From a virus (taxonomy: Duplodnaviria > Caudoviricetes), in the IMG/VR virus record IMGVR_UViG_3300032257_000056, positions 1 to 36,770 of that record: 36,770 bases of DNA; one strand, written 5' to 3'. Of the stretch, positions 1 to 9,261 are shown piece by piece. The number at the start of each line of letters is the position of its first letter. The stretch's first letter is position 1. A program made the position numbers and the translations under genes. Below the pieces are notes generated by a model. It saw nothing but the letters and a program-made list of their open reading frames with translations. It was not told the origin of the DNA and searched no databases.

Positions 1-117
1 GTTTCGACATTAACTATACATTAGAGGTTAATTATAAATTTGAAAGGCTTATAAATCGTAGTTTTGAGTTTTTAACTATATTTTCTAAAAGTCGCTGGAT
101 ATCCGATAAAAACATTA

Positions 118-122
118 CTTCG
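118..122 (+). repeat. 5-bp target-site duplication, left copy (CTTCG)
   Basis: Identical to 36669-36673; 5-bp duplications are the Mu-family signature. Confidence 0.93.
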
Positions 123-137
123 TGTAGCGCGCGCCTT

Positions 138-205
138 AAAATGAGACAAACTAACGTTTGAAATGAGACAGTATTAAATGCCTGTTTGAGGTATGAAATG
201 AGATA
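138..205 (+). repeat. Three putative transposase-binding sites (attR-like end)
   Basis: AAAATGAGACA 138-148, TGAAATGAGACA 159-170, TGAAATGAGATA 194-205. The first two are 22 bp apart. Confidence 0.85.
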
Positions 206-291
206 CACGATATATGTATGCCACTTCAAATTCAATTTAATACCTTATTAAGGGTGGCTTAAATTCCTTTTAAAGCCACTTTAACCAAGTC

Positions 292-1053
292 CTACCAATT
301 ACATATTATAAGTTCTTTCTTTGGTTTGCGGCCCTGCTTGCCTCCTACAGTGTAAGTTATTGGCACTGTTTTCATCTTCAGACCCTTGAATACCTCTCGC
401 ATTTTGGGGCAATCATTAACACTTATTACCATGTTGCCTTTGATGCTGTTGGCTAGTTCAGCCATCTTTTTATAGTGATCGATACCAAAGTCTACACCGT
501 AGCCTGCTGTGCCCCAGTATGGTGGGTCTAGGTAAAACAGGCTGTGTGGGCGATCGTATCTCTCAATACAGGACGACCAATCAAGGTTTTCAATAAACAC
601 CTGGTGCAGCCTTAAATGGGCACTGCTTAGCTCTTCTTCTATTCTTAACAGGTTGATGCCATGGGTGCGATCTGTGCCTGTTCCGAAGCTTTGGCCATCT
701 ACCTTTCCACCAAATGCATGCTTTTGAAGGTAGTAAAATCTGGCGGCTCTTTGTATGTCAGTTAGGGTCTCTGGGCGTTTCATTTTCTCCCATTCAAATA
801 CCTGTCGACTGGTTATGGCCCACTTAAACTGGCGTACAAACTCTTCTAAGTGGTTTTGTAGTATGCGGTACAGGTTAACCAACTCACCGTTGATATCATT
901 GAGTACTTCAACCTTGCTGGGCTGCTTTTTAAAGAACAGAGCAGCTGCACCGGCAAAGGGTTCAACGTAACAAGTGTGTTCAGGGAATATGGGGAGTATT
1001 TTGTCTGCAAGGCGGCTTTTGCCACCCATCCAGGGTATAAATGGTTTTTTCAT
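292..1053 (-). CDS. D12-class N6-adenine DNA methyltransferase (Dam-like) at the Mu mom position
   Basis: PWMGGKS, VEPFAGAA (SAM binding) and FYLDPPY (catalytic) motifs. Start moved to ATG 1053, which follows a GAGG SD. Confidence 0.93.
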   Translation of the reverse strand: MKKPFIPWMGGKSRLADKILPIFPEHTCYVEPFAGAAALFFKKQPSKVEVLNDINGELVNLYRILQNHLEEFVRQFKWAITSRQVFEWEKMKRPETLTDIQRAARFYYLQKHAFGGKVDGQSFGTGTDRTHGINLLRIEEELSSAHLRLHQVFIENLDWSSCIERYDRPHSLFYLDPPYWGTAGYGVDFGIDHYKKMAELANSIKGNMVISVNDCPKMREVFKGLKMKTVPITYTVGGKQGRKPKKELIICNW

Positions 1054-1099
1054 CGTGAGCCTCTTTTTTATTATTAACAATCTTGTGCTAGGCTGCCTG

Positions 1100-1207
1100 T
1101 TCCTGCGTCGACGTAGGGGGAAGCCTTGGCTGGCTCACGGTGCTTTGTTCACCGTGGTCGGCGGCTAGTTGGGTGTTGGTGCACCTGACTAGTCGCTTCT
1201 TTTTTTT
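1100..1207 (+). ncRNA. Putative structured RNA antisense to the methyltransferase leader
   Basis: Three consecutive hairpins (1102-1117, 1129-1162, 1161-1196) with G-U pairs that work only on the + strand. Extended -10 TGcTAGGCT at 1086-1094; ends in a U-tract. Confidence 0.6.
1161..1207 (+). terminator. Intrinsic terminator on the + strand
   Basis: 16-bp stem GCGGCTAGTTGGGTGT/GCACCTGACTAGTCGC (includes G-U pairs) followed by TTCTTTTTTTT. Confidence 0.7.
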
Positions 1208-1232
1208 ATTTTATTTCTAACCTTTTCATTTT

Positions 1233-2273
1233 CTATAACCCTGGAATGCGACGAGCTCTAAACCAGGTGCTACGATTATTTGAAAAATCCGTAGCAATTG
1301 CTATATCGTTAATAGGATTCACAAAATATGCATTTACAGAATCAGTTGAACCATTAAAATATCGAAGCTCTGTTGTCTGATACGTATACCAATTAAGGGC
1401 ACTAGTATGCTCGTTATATATTCTGGCGTTAAGATTCGTACCCCACTGACTGTTTAGGCTAGCCCAGGCGCTAAATGTTATTGATGATCGTAGCGTTACT
1501 AAAAAAGAAACTTCATACCAGCCAGCTATGTTTGGTTTAAATGAATACGCCGGGATACCATCAACCGATGCTGCTGTGTTGTTATATCGCCCACCGTTAT
1601 TTTCATCAACACCATCAAACGCAAACCTTTCCCCTGCAGCTGTTGAGTAGCTCGCCGTTATATACGCTTTAAACGAAGGGCCATGATCGTGTTGATGAGC
1701 GGTTGTTCGCTCGTCAACAATCATCTCAATCACGTTGTTTGTAATTTCAGTGGTGGTGGTTTCTAACTGAATTTGGCAGTTATGTAATTTACCCGGCGGT
1801 ATATCAGGAGCCACGGGGGTTACCGCTTCAATACCTTGCACAATAGAGGCTGCACCCGTGGCTTCGTCAATTACAATGCGATCAACTCGTGGGTTTGTTA
1901 CAGGCGCTACAAATAAGGCAGATGTTTGCTGAGGCTGCGTAGCCAAAACACCACCAAAAACGACACGCCCAGCATCAATCAATATTGTCATATCAGGGGT
2001 GGCTGCCTCGTGCGCATAAAAATGGCCCACCGGATTTCCTACAGTTTCTAAACGTGGAAACCTTGAGTCTAATGCCGCTAATAACTGATCGCGTTTTGTT
2101 TTATCAAGTACGATTCCCTCTTCCTCAACAATGCCACAAACTTCTTCCTGCAAGGCATTCATAAAGTCACGTTGTAAAATTGTATTGTTGGCAAAAAACT
2201 TATTTGGTTTTGGCCCTACGGGTTCGGCTACTGGTAGAACATCTGCTGCGGTTGCGTCATCGACTCGATGCAT
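1233..2273 (-). CDS. Tail fibre / receptor-binding protein with probable C1q/TNF-like C-terminal domain
   Basis: Follows the gp48-like gene. N-terminus MHRVD...NALQEE...DQLLAAL is typical of Mu-like fibres. C-terminal FKAY...FDGVDENNGGRY...FKPNIAGWYEVS pattern. Confidence 0.8.
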   Translation of the reverse strand: MHRVDDATAADVLPVAEPVGPKPNKFFANNTILQRDFMNALQEEVCGIVEEEGIVLDKTKRDQLLAALDSRFPRLETVGNPVGHFYAHEAATPDMTILIDAGRVVFGGVLATQPQQTSALFVAPVTNPRVDRIVIDEATGAASIVQGIEAVTPVAPDIPPGKLHNCQIQLETTTTEITNNVIEMIVDERTTAHQHDHGPSFKAYITASYSTAAGERFAFDGVDENNGGRYNNTAASVDGIPAYSFKPNIAGWYEVSFLVTLRSSITFSAWASLNSQWGTNLNARIYNEHTSALNWYTYQTTELRYFNGSTDSVNAYFVNPINDIAIATDFSNNRSTWFRARRIPGL

Positions 2274-2282
2274 AAATCACCT

Positions 2283-2816
2283 CTAAATATAATTGAAAAT
2301 TACAGATGTATGCGCGGGTTTTAACGCCTGCATTACACACTCTAATAAGTTGTTTTCTGAAGAAACTAGTGGCTCACCCATCGTGGATGAACCCACTCGA
2401 AAATAAACAGTGTTTGCACCTATTGCGGCATTAACTTGCCACGTCCAGTTAGGCAGTTCTGTAATGGTAATTGTGAAACCCAGGCGCTCGGCGATATCTG
2501 TATAAAATTGTTTAGATAAACTTCGCTCAGTGGTTAACACACCCATTAGTGCATTGCGTCTTTGTTGCAGTGTGTTTAGCACACCTGTGCAACTATCTGG
2601 CAGGCCTGTTACGCGCTCCCAATCTACTAGTAATTCATTGGTCGTATTTGGAAAAGCTTCCTCTAATAAATTTAATGCACGGGCATCTATTCTTGCTAAC
2701 TCTTCAGCTAAGCCATCGAGCAAATCTGTGAAGGTGTTGTCTGTTTCAGCACTCGGCCATATAGGCCCTTTAGGCAGCAGTGAAATCAGTAATTGTTTAT
2801 AGCTATCTTTTGTCAT
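2283..2816 (-). CDS. Baseplate protein, Mu gp48/YmfQ-like
   Basis: LLPKGPIW...LLVDWERVTGLPD...LKPAHT motifs; gene order. Confidence 0.9.
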   Translation of the reverse strand: MTKDSYKQLLISLLPKGPIWPSAETDNTFTDLLDGLAEELARIDARALNLLEEAFPNTTNELLVDWERVTGLPDSCTGVLNTLQQRRNALMGVLTTERSLSKQFYTDIAERLGFTITITELPNWTWQVNAAIGANTVYFRVGSSTMGEPLVSSENNLLECVMQALKPAHTSVIFNYI

Positions 2817-2817
2817 A

Positions 2818-3885
2818 TCAAGAGAATGTTACTGTGCCCATAGTTGCTATTTGATTTGTTGTGTGTGTAACGTCAGCTGCAGGGGCTGTTAAAACATGAT
2901 CGGTTTCACCTGCAGCTAAACTTATGGCTTCACGAAGTCTGCTAATGCGAATAATGCCGCCTGGCTCACTATCGCGTTTTATTAAATCGGCTAACTCCGC
3001 TTTTATTGCATCTTGAACTGCTGTTGTGTTGGGCGTTACTGAAATGGTGAAATTGATAGGTGATGGCGCAGGCGCAACTGTTGTATAACCACCCACGGCT
3101 AAACCTACAGGTCGTAATGTTTCAACATAGTCATGAACGTCTGTTACATCAGCTGCAAGCGGAATGCCATCTGCATATTTATCGTCCATCATAAAACGTA
3201 CTTTTACAGTGCCTGCACCATCTTCTAGTGGATAACACCAAGCTCTGGTGACACCAATTACTTCTAACGCCCAGGCAATATAATCATGCTTTGCACCACC
3301 CTGTGGCGGCTTTTGAATTCGAGCTTTTAAACGGTTATATAAGTCTTCATTGTTTTCTTTATCGACACCACCAATAAGCCCTGCAATATCAACGGCGGCC
3401 GAACTGTTTATGCCGGGTATAGGGCTTACAAACTGAAGCGTGCTGGCAGCGGCCGTGTTTGTGTCAACACCACCCGTAACCGATGTAACCGCAACGGTAA
3501 CGCTGCCGGCAACAATAGTTGCGTCGGCATCTGTTGAAAATTCGATGCTATCAGAGCGCTGTAGTAATGAGCCTGCTGGTATTAACGTAGTGTCAACACC
3601 GCTGCAAGCAACATTGCCTTGTGATGGGCCTGCATCTTTGCGTGGCTGTTTTAAATAAATATTTGCATGGCGATCGAGCACTTCATCTTCGGCTGTGTCC
3701 ATAATAATTTGATTAGACAACCAATCGAGATAACCATATAAACCGTGCACCGCACCTGAGTAGGCACGGTTTATTATATTTAATAAATTTCTACGCAACC
3801 TTGCATCAGTGCCAGGCAAACGGCTTTGCACATCTGATTCTGTTCGGGTAACAATTTCTCTTAAAGTAGATCGGCTAAAAGGCAT
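2818..3885 (-). CDS. Baseplate J-like protein (Mu gp47)
   Basis: GGVDKE, PPQGGAKHDYIAWALEV, GAGTV motifs. Confidence 0.93.
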   Translation of the reverse strand: MPFSRSTLREIVTRTESDVQSRLPGTDARLRRNLLNIINRAYSGAVHGLYGYLDWLSNQIIMDTAEDEVLDRHANIYLKQPRKDAGPSQGNVACSGVDTTLIPAGSLLQRSDSIEFSTDADATIVAGSVTVAVTSVTGGVDTNTAAASTLQFVSPIPGINSSAAVDIAGLIGGVDKENNEDLYNRLKARIQKPPQGGAKHDYIAWALEVIGVTRAWCYPLEDGAGTVKVRFMMDDKYADGIPLAADVTDVHDYVETLRPVGLAVGGYTTVAPAPSPINFTISVTPNTTAVQDAIKAELADLIKRDSEPGGIIRISRLREAISLAAGETDHVLTAPAADVTHTTNQIATMGTVTFS

Positions 3886-4332
3886 TTATAATGACTCCAA
3901 TGAATATTCAAAAATCTCATTAAACAAATTTTCATCTGCTTTAAATACTTTTACCTGTATGCCAAGTGTCGCGTTATCTAACCATTCAGTTGTAATATCT
4001 AACCTACTGGCTACGCCATCGTCTAACATCCATTGCAATGCCTCATCGGTGTATTCTTTAGCACGCAACAATACTGCCTGTGTTTGTTTTTCGCGGCCCA
4101 GCAACCAAAGGCGTGAGCCGGTTAAATCGCCATCAATGGCATTAAACGAATCACCCCACCAGCCTCGTCTGTTGTCACTACCATCTGGTATAACGTCATC
4201 AACTTCTGCCTGACGATTTGTAAAAAGTGAAATAATAATAGCGGTGCGCATACCGTTATCGGCTAACAGGTCATTTCCTTCTATAGCTAGATCAAACTCT
4301 GAAAAATTTATTTGTTTTAATGCAATATCCAT
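3886..4332 (-). CDS. Baseplate wedge protein, Mu gp46-like
   Basis: ISLFT...RGWWGD...GSRLWLLGREK...WMLDDGVA motifs. Confidence 0.93.
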   Translation of the reverse strand: MDIALKQINFSEFDLAIEGNDLLADNGMRTAIIISLFTNRQAEVDDVIPDGSDNRRGWWGDSFNAIDGDLTGSRLWLLGREKQTQAVLLRAKEYTDEALQWMLDDGVASRLDITTEWLDNATLGIQVKVFKADENLFNEIFEYSLESL

Positions 4333-4862
4333 TACGTCATGCTCGTGTCGGGTGGGCCCGTTGGGTTACCGTTGTCACCGTTAGGGTGTTGATGCAAATT
4401 GTAGAAATCGCGCATTTCCTGCATTGAGCCATTGGCGTCACTTACATTGCCTGTGAAATTTGCCTCGGGTGTATCTATGGTCAGTTTGGTTGCCGCTTTA
4501 ATTAAAATTTCATTACCACGCTTAAAGTGAATAACATCGCCTTCATCGGTAAACAACGCCACTTCACCTTGTGATAAATCTTTTAAACGAAAACGCCTGT
4601 CAGAAACACAAAACACTATTGAGTGATCACGCTGGCCACCTAAACTGGTCAGTAAAACTTCTGCACCTTCTTTGGGGTGAGAGGTAAAACCATAGGGCTG
4701 AAAGTGCTCAACATCATCAAGCGTTTCGTTGGCGAGTAAATTAACCTGAAGTGTTTGTAAATTGCTGGCAGCATCAACCAAATTTAAAACACCTCGACTA
4801 ACTAAATTATTAATACGTCGGTGATAAGGCTTTAATACTTTTTGAAGTCTGCGCACATCCAT
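4332..4862 (-). CDS. Baseplate spike, Mu gp45-like
   Basis: QPYGFTSHP...GEVALF and C-terminal HQH metal-binding tip. Confidence 0.92.
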   Translation of the reverse strand: MDVRRLQKVLKPYHRRINNLVSRGVLNLVDAASNLQTLQVNLLANETLDDVEHFQPYGFTSHPKEGAEVLLTSLGGQRDHSIVFCVSDRRFRLKDLSQGEVALFTDEGDVIHFKRGNEILIKAATKLTIDTPEANFTGNVSDANGSMQEMRDFYNLHQHPNGDNGNPTGPPDTSMT

Positions 4863-5899
4863 TAACCCCAGCCTCCGTCATCTGACTCTTCAGGTAGCTC
4901 AACCAGTTCAAATGCCTCTTTTGGCATTACCTGAATTTCTGTTACTTCGCCCTGAGATTCATCTATACCAAATTGCACTGTGGTTATGAGTCGGTCTTCA
5001 TCAATACCTAAATACTCATCTTTCACCGGTACCATTTTATTAGGCAGCCACAACCCCTCTGCATGACGCCAACCCATAACGGTGTAAACAACAGCGCGAC
5101 TTCTGCCATAGCGAGTGTTGCGCTCCCACTGTGCGCGTTTTTTACAATCATCGGAATCAACCGTGCCATCAACCACACTTACCATTGGGCGGTGACGGGT
5201 TATTTTTGTATCTTTAGACGTGCCTTTGTTTTCAGATGCCGATGCACCAAAGGCATTATCGGTGCCTGCGTTCTGACCAAGCACGGTATAGTCACTAAAA
5301 CGATCACGGCTAGAAAATGTGCCACTGGCGCGCAGAATATTTTCACCCAACACCAATGCTGTTTTAATGCGCTGGGTACCGGCACGGGTAATAACTAAAT
5401 TTCCCTCACGATCGCTCATTAAACGCACGGCACGAATTCTGGCTAAACGCTCTAAAAACTCAAAGGGTGACTCACCGCCATTAACGCTTGCTTTTTTAAA
5501 TGGCTTACCAACATCTGTTTCAACTATTACCTTAATGCCAAATGGCTCACAGATAATATTTGCTAATTTATCGAGCGGTTGGTTTTTCCAGCTTTTGGGT
5601 TCAATAGCACAATCAACCAGGTCACCTAATTTAGAACGGCCGATGATATTTATTTCATGTTGGTTAGCATCATACTCAGGGGCCACTTCATCAACATTAC
5701 CCGTTACCACTTTTGTATCGTCAATCCAAATTTCACAGGGCGTATCAGATTGAATAGGCCTGCGGGTATTATCATCTGACCAGCGTTCGGTTATGGTTAA
5801 ATCAAACAAATCGGCAATAGACTCTATGCTCAAACGAACAACCACGCTCTTCCAACCCGCGTGAATTTTGCCATTTGTTTTTAATACAATTTCAGACAT
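4862..5899 (-). CDS. Baseplate hub, Mu gpP (gp44)-like
   Basis: GWKSV...GRSKLGDLVDC...RFSDYTVLGQ...LWLPN motifs. Confidence 0.92.
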   Translation of the reverse strand: MSEIVLKTNGKIHAGWKSVVVRLSIESIADLFDLTITERWSDDNTRRPIQSDTPCEIWIDDTKVVTGNVDEVAPEYDANQHEINIIGRSKLGDLVDCAIEPKSWKNQPLDKLANIICEPFGIKVIVETDVGKPFKKASVNGGESPFEFLERLARIRAVRLMSDREGNLVITRAGTQRIKTALVLGENILRASGTFSSRDRFSDYTVLGQNAGTDNAFGASASENKGTSKDTKITRHRPMVSVVDGTVDSDDCKKRAQWERNTRYGRSRAVVYTVMGWRHAEGLWLPNKMVPVKDEYLGIDEDRLITTVQFGIDESQGEVTEIQVMPKEAFELVELPEESDDGGWG

Positions 5900-7040
5900 C
5901 GGCCAACACCTCTATTGACCTACCACCAGAAACAAAGCCAGGGTGTTTAATATGGTTACGATTAATTATTTCATTATCACGTGAAACATCATTATGAATG
6001 CGGTGGGCTAACACCAAAGCAGGCAACTGGGCCTCAGTTGTAAAATGTTTAATGCGGGGCATTTTTGCACCCCTTATACGGATGTCTTCAGCAATGGCCG
6101 CACGCAAACCACTCATGGCATTAAACACACCATCGCCCATTGGCTGTTCCATTTCTTCATCAATTGCACCCAGCACCTGGTCACGAATGTTTATAGCATC
6201 ATCTAACGACTCCCAGTTTATAATTGCGATCGTTCTGCAAGCTTCAGCAATTGCACTGCGTTTCACCAATGAATTAAAGGCATCTGTATTTTCTTTAAGC
6301 TGCACTCTGTTGCTAGTAGCTACAGACATGTTTGATGTGTCTGTGTCAGAACCAAACAGGGTGGTGTAAATATCTAATGCCTGAAACGGGCTTTGCAGAG
6401 AGCTGCGAATACCGCTTAATGTGCCGGTAAGCGCACTGGCCATTTCAGCCGGTGCACGTATTAAACTGGTTATAGGGCCGGTGATGCCATCAACAACATT
6501 TTCAATAGCGTCTAAAGTGGTTTCAATGGTGTTTTGAACGTCTTCTACAAACTCCTGTATCTGGTTTAACACCTCAAAGTTTTCACCAAACTCTTCAATT
6601 GATTCGGCCAGTGTTTTTTCTGCTTCTTCTTCAACAACTTCGGCAGTTTCTGGTGTTTCAAAATTAAACTCAGCTTCGCCCGCTTCTAGCACCGTTAAAT
6701 TAAACGTTGCCTTGCCACCTTCACGCGTGCTCTCTGTTTTTCTGGCGTCGAGTATATGCACATTCATGGTGCCGTAATATGGATGCACCATTACACCAAT
6801 GCCTGGTGTTTCAATCGCCTGTATTAATTTGTTTCGGTCAAAATCGTAATTTTCACCAATAACAAAAATACGCATGGAAAATTGTCGACCCTTAAGGCCC
6901 ATGTCTTGTACTTGTGGTTTATTTTGTAGTGGAAACTCATGCACCACTTTACGGTGACCAAATTCAAGATCATCAGTTTCTATCCAGAACTCAGCGTCAC
7001 GAAATTTGCCACCTGGTGTAAAACGATCGCGCCAACTCAT
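5892..7040 (-). CDS. DNA circularisation protein, Mu gpN-like
   Basis: MSWRDR...HEFP...HPYYG N-terminus and PALVLAHRIH...HPGFV C-terminus. Confidence 0.92.
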   Translation of the reverse strand: MSWRDRFTPGGKFRDAEFWIETDDLEFGHRKVVHEFPLQNKPQVQDMGLKGRQFSMRIFVIGENYDFDRNKLIQAIETPGIGVMVHPYYGTMNVHILDARKTESTREGGKATFNLTVLEAGEAEFNFETPETAEVVEEEAEKTLAESIEEFGENFEVLNQIQEFVEDVQNTIETTLDAIENVVDGITGPITSLIRAPAEMASALTGTLSGIRSSLQSPFQALDIYTTLFGSDTDTSNMSVATSNRVQLKENTDAFNSLVKRSAIAEACRTIAIINWESLDDAINIRDQVLGAIDEEMEQPMGDGVFNAMSGLRAAIAEDIRIRGAKMPRIKHFTTEAQLPALVLAHRIHNDVSRDNEIINRNHIKHPGFVSGGRSIEVLADV

Positions 7041-8407
7041 GGGTTCACCATTTGCATGCCGGTTTCTACATCCATGTTAATATTTGAGTTGTTACTTTTT
7101 AATTTTTTAACGATGGCGCGGCCTTCAGAATCTATCTTAATATCTAACTGGCCTATAAACGGATCTTTATGCTCTGCAACATTACGCAGTTGTAATCGCC
7201 TTGTTGCTTCACGGCCACCTAAATTTGACACTAACGTGTCAATTGTTCTGCCCTCTAAAAAAGAATTAAACTTGTTAGCCACTTGTTTAATTGGGCCTGC
7301 CAAAATATCATCCGCTGCACGTGAAAAACTCGTTGATGCATTTGCAAGTGAACCTTTAGATATATTTGCCGCTCGCGAGGAGTCACGTGCGGTTTCACCG
7401 TTAGCAATAACATTCATGAATTTTTCAATTGAACCTACTTTGCCGGTTCTTTGAAACTCACCTGAAGATGCATTAAATGCGCGAATGGCTTCAGCATCAA
7501 AAACCGAGCCCAGCAGGGTTTTTCTACCTTTTGTTTTAGTTACAATTTCAGCCATTAATTCATTAATTGGGCGAAGCACTTCGTTACCCTTTTTTAACTC
7601 TTCCTGGTCAAAAACTTTAATTCCGCCAGCATTAAGTTTTTTAATTTTTTCTTTATCTGAAAATGTTCTCAGCACAGCTTCAAAAGCTGTGGCAGCCTGC
7701 TCAGATGAACCCGTGCCTTGCCTTATTATTTGAAGTGCCGCGCCCATCTCTTGTAACGCTGGCACGCCTGTTCTGCCTAATGATGTATAAGCCGTTACAA
7801 CCCGTGGCCCAAGCGCTGCTAAATTTTGTAATGTGAATGCACCTTCTTTACCTTGTGCATTTAAAATATCGAGCGCCTTCATTACTTCAGCAGGGCTCTT
7901 AATTCCAATTTTTTGAAACTCCGCTAATATGCCGCCAATGCTTGAACCATCAGCACCTGTTGCCTGCAATGCCAGGCCTATGTTTCTAATGTTTTGCTCA
8001 GCAAAATCTAGGTCACCTGTTTTTTCAACAATTTCGGCAATCGCAGCAGTAATGTTATCTGGGTTTATGCGGATATCAGGTGCCTGTGCCGTTTCAAAAA
8101 TACGTTGTTTAAGTTCGTTCATTCTTTTTTCAGATGCTTTGGCCTGAATACCTAACCGAGTAAAGCGTTCTTCTAAATCTAAAACACCTCGAACGGCGAA
8201 ACCTGTCGCAACACCCGTTGCTAATGCTGTATACCGGTTACCCATTCGTTTAATGGCTTTGCCGGTGCTGCTTAATGAGCGACGCAGCAGTTTGTTATTG
8301 CGAATAGTTTTACTGGCAAAGCGAGTCATGCTGCGCGTGTAAGCTCGAGCACGACTGGCTAAATTGCCACGTAAATCAATAACAACTGATGTTTTTAAAT
8401 CACTCAT
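7037..8407 (-). CDS. Tail tape-measure protein (short, 456 aa)
   Basis: Between tail chaperone and gpN; Ala/Gly-rich helical sequence. Confidence 0.88.
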   Translation of the reverse strand: MSDLKTSVVIDLRGNLASRARAYTRSMTRFASKTIRNNKLLRRSLSSTGKAIKRMGNRYTALATGVATGFAVRGVLDLEERFTRLGIQAKASEKRMNELKQRIFETAQAPDIRINPDNITAAIAEIVEKTGDLDFAEQNIRNIGLALQATGADGSSIGGILAEFQKIGIKSPAEVMKALDILNAQGKEGAFTLQNLAALGPRVVTAYTSLGRTGVPALQEMGAALQIIRQGTGSSEQAATAFEAVLRTFSDKEKIKKLNAGGIKVFDQEELKKGNEVLRPINELMAEIVTKTKGRKTLLGSVFDAEAIRAFNASSGEFQRTGKVGSIEKFMNVIANGETARDSSRAANISKGSLANASTSFSRAADDILAGPIKQVANKFNSFLEGRTIDTLVSNLGGREATRRLQLRNVAEHKDPFIGQLDIKIDSEGRAIVKKLKSNNSNINMDVETGMQMVNP

Positions 8408-8546
8408 CTTTATCCAGTAATGTTAAGTAACAAAGCACGCGTTGAAGCGGCATAGTATGTATATCGGTTTCAGACCATCCGGCGTGAATGGCAAGGGTTA
8501 GCACAGCCGAGTTAATCGCCTGACTCTCCCTCACTATCTCGCCCCC
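8400..8546 (-). CDS. Frameshift extension of the tail assembly chaperone (Mu gp41.5-like)
   Basis: GGGGGCGA at complement(8539-8546). The -2 frame is open (EIVRESQAINSAVLTLAIHAGWSETDIHTMPLQRVLCYLTLLDKDE*) and its stop lies just inside the tape-measure start. Confidence 0.82.
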   Translation of the reverse strand, partial: GGEIVRESQAINSAVLTLAIHAGWSETDIHTMPLQRVLCYLTLLDKDE

Positions 8547-8892
8547 GTTGAGCGTTTTCCTCCGCAGTTATTTTTTTCATAGCCGCTGTTTCAAGCTCTT
8601 CAGCTTTTGATTGCAACAAGTTGTAATCTAGTGGGTCTAGACGATATATTTCATCTAACGATAATGGCCCGTTAACATTACCAATTGAAACAATTTGTCT
8701 GCGCAACATATGCACACCAGCTAAGGTTGGGCTGGTCACCAGCTCGGGGCCATTTTCGGTTTGCATTAATCGCTCGGCATTCACCTGTGACTCAATAATA
8801 TCGCCAGCTGTAATGTCGCGAATTTTTGCATCATAAAGAAGGTCTTCACCAATTTTGTAACCCACAATTAAAGGTACGTCTATTATGGCCAT
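8512..8892 (-). CDS. Tail assembly chaperone, Mu gp41-like
   Basis: LRRQIVSIG...GPLS...L motif and position after the tube gene. Confidence 0.88.
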   Translation of the reverse strand: MAIIDVPLIVGYKIGEDLLYDAKIRDITAGDIIESQVNAERLMQTENGPELVTSPTLAGVHMLRRQIVSIGNVNGPLSLDEIYRLDPLDYNLLQSKAEELETAAMKKITAEENAQRGRDSEGESGD

Positions 8893-8894
8893 GG

Positions 8895-9248
8895 CTATAT
8901 CAACTCATCACATTCAACGGCATCCATTTCCATATCAACTTCTTTACCATTAAGCGTGGGTGGCTTTGTTGTGTAAGCACCGCGCAGTGTAAATATCACT
9001 CCTGTGTCAGTTTCAAAACTCAAAGTCGCATCAGTAAGTTTGCCCAGTGCCAGTAGACTTGTGTCTTTATCATGTGCCATTTTAAATGAAACAGAGGGTT
9101 GCTCATCTTCCTCAGTGTAACCATGCACACGTCCACCGCCTTTTTCAGTGGTGCGGTTTACACCGCCTGGGTTTAATGTTGCACCGTCTTTTGATTTTTT
9201 TTCTTGCCCATCAATACGGATGGTCAGTCTGCCTGTTAGCTGTCCCAT
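8895..9248 (-). CDS. Tail tube protein, Mu gpM-like
   Basis: 117 aa, directly after the sheath; GATLNPGG...HGYTE...FETDTG. Confidence 0.9.
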   Translation of the reverse strand: MGQLTGRLTIRIDGQEKKSKDGATLNPGGVNRTTEKGGGRVHGYTEEDEQPSVSFKMAHDKDTSLLALGKLTDATLSFETDTGVIFTLRGAYTTKPPTLNGKEVDMEMDAVECDELI

Positions 9249-9261
9249 AATTTTTTACCCC

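Noticed and set aside
32-235. 67-aa minus-strand ORF
   Set aside because: It crosses the prophage-host junction at 122/123 and the end-binding sites, so it is probably a chance ORF.
1233-1700. Diversity-generating retroelement target or invertible segment in the fibre tip
   Set aside because: No reverse transcriptase, template repeat, invertase or flanking inverted sites were seen.
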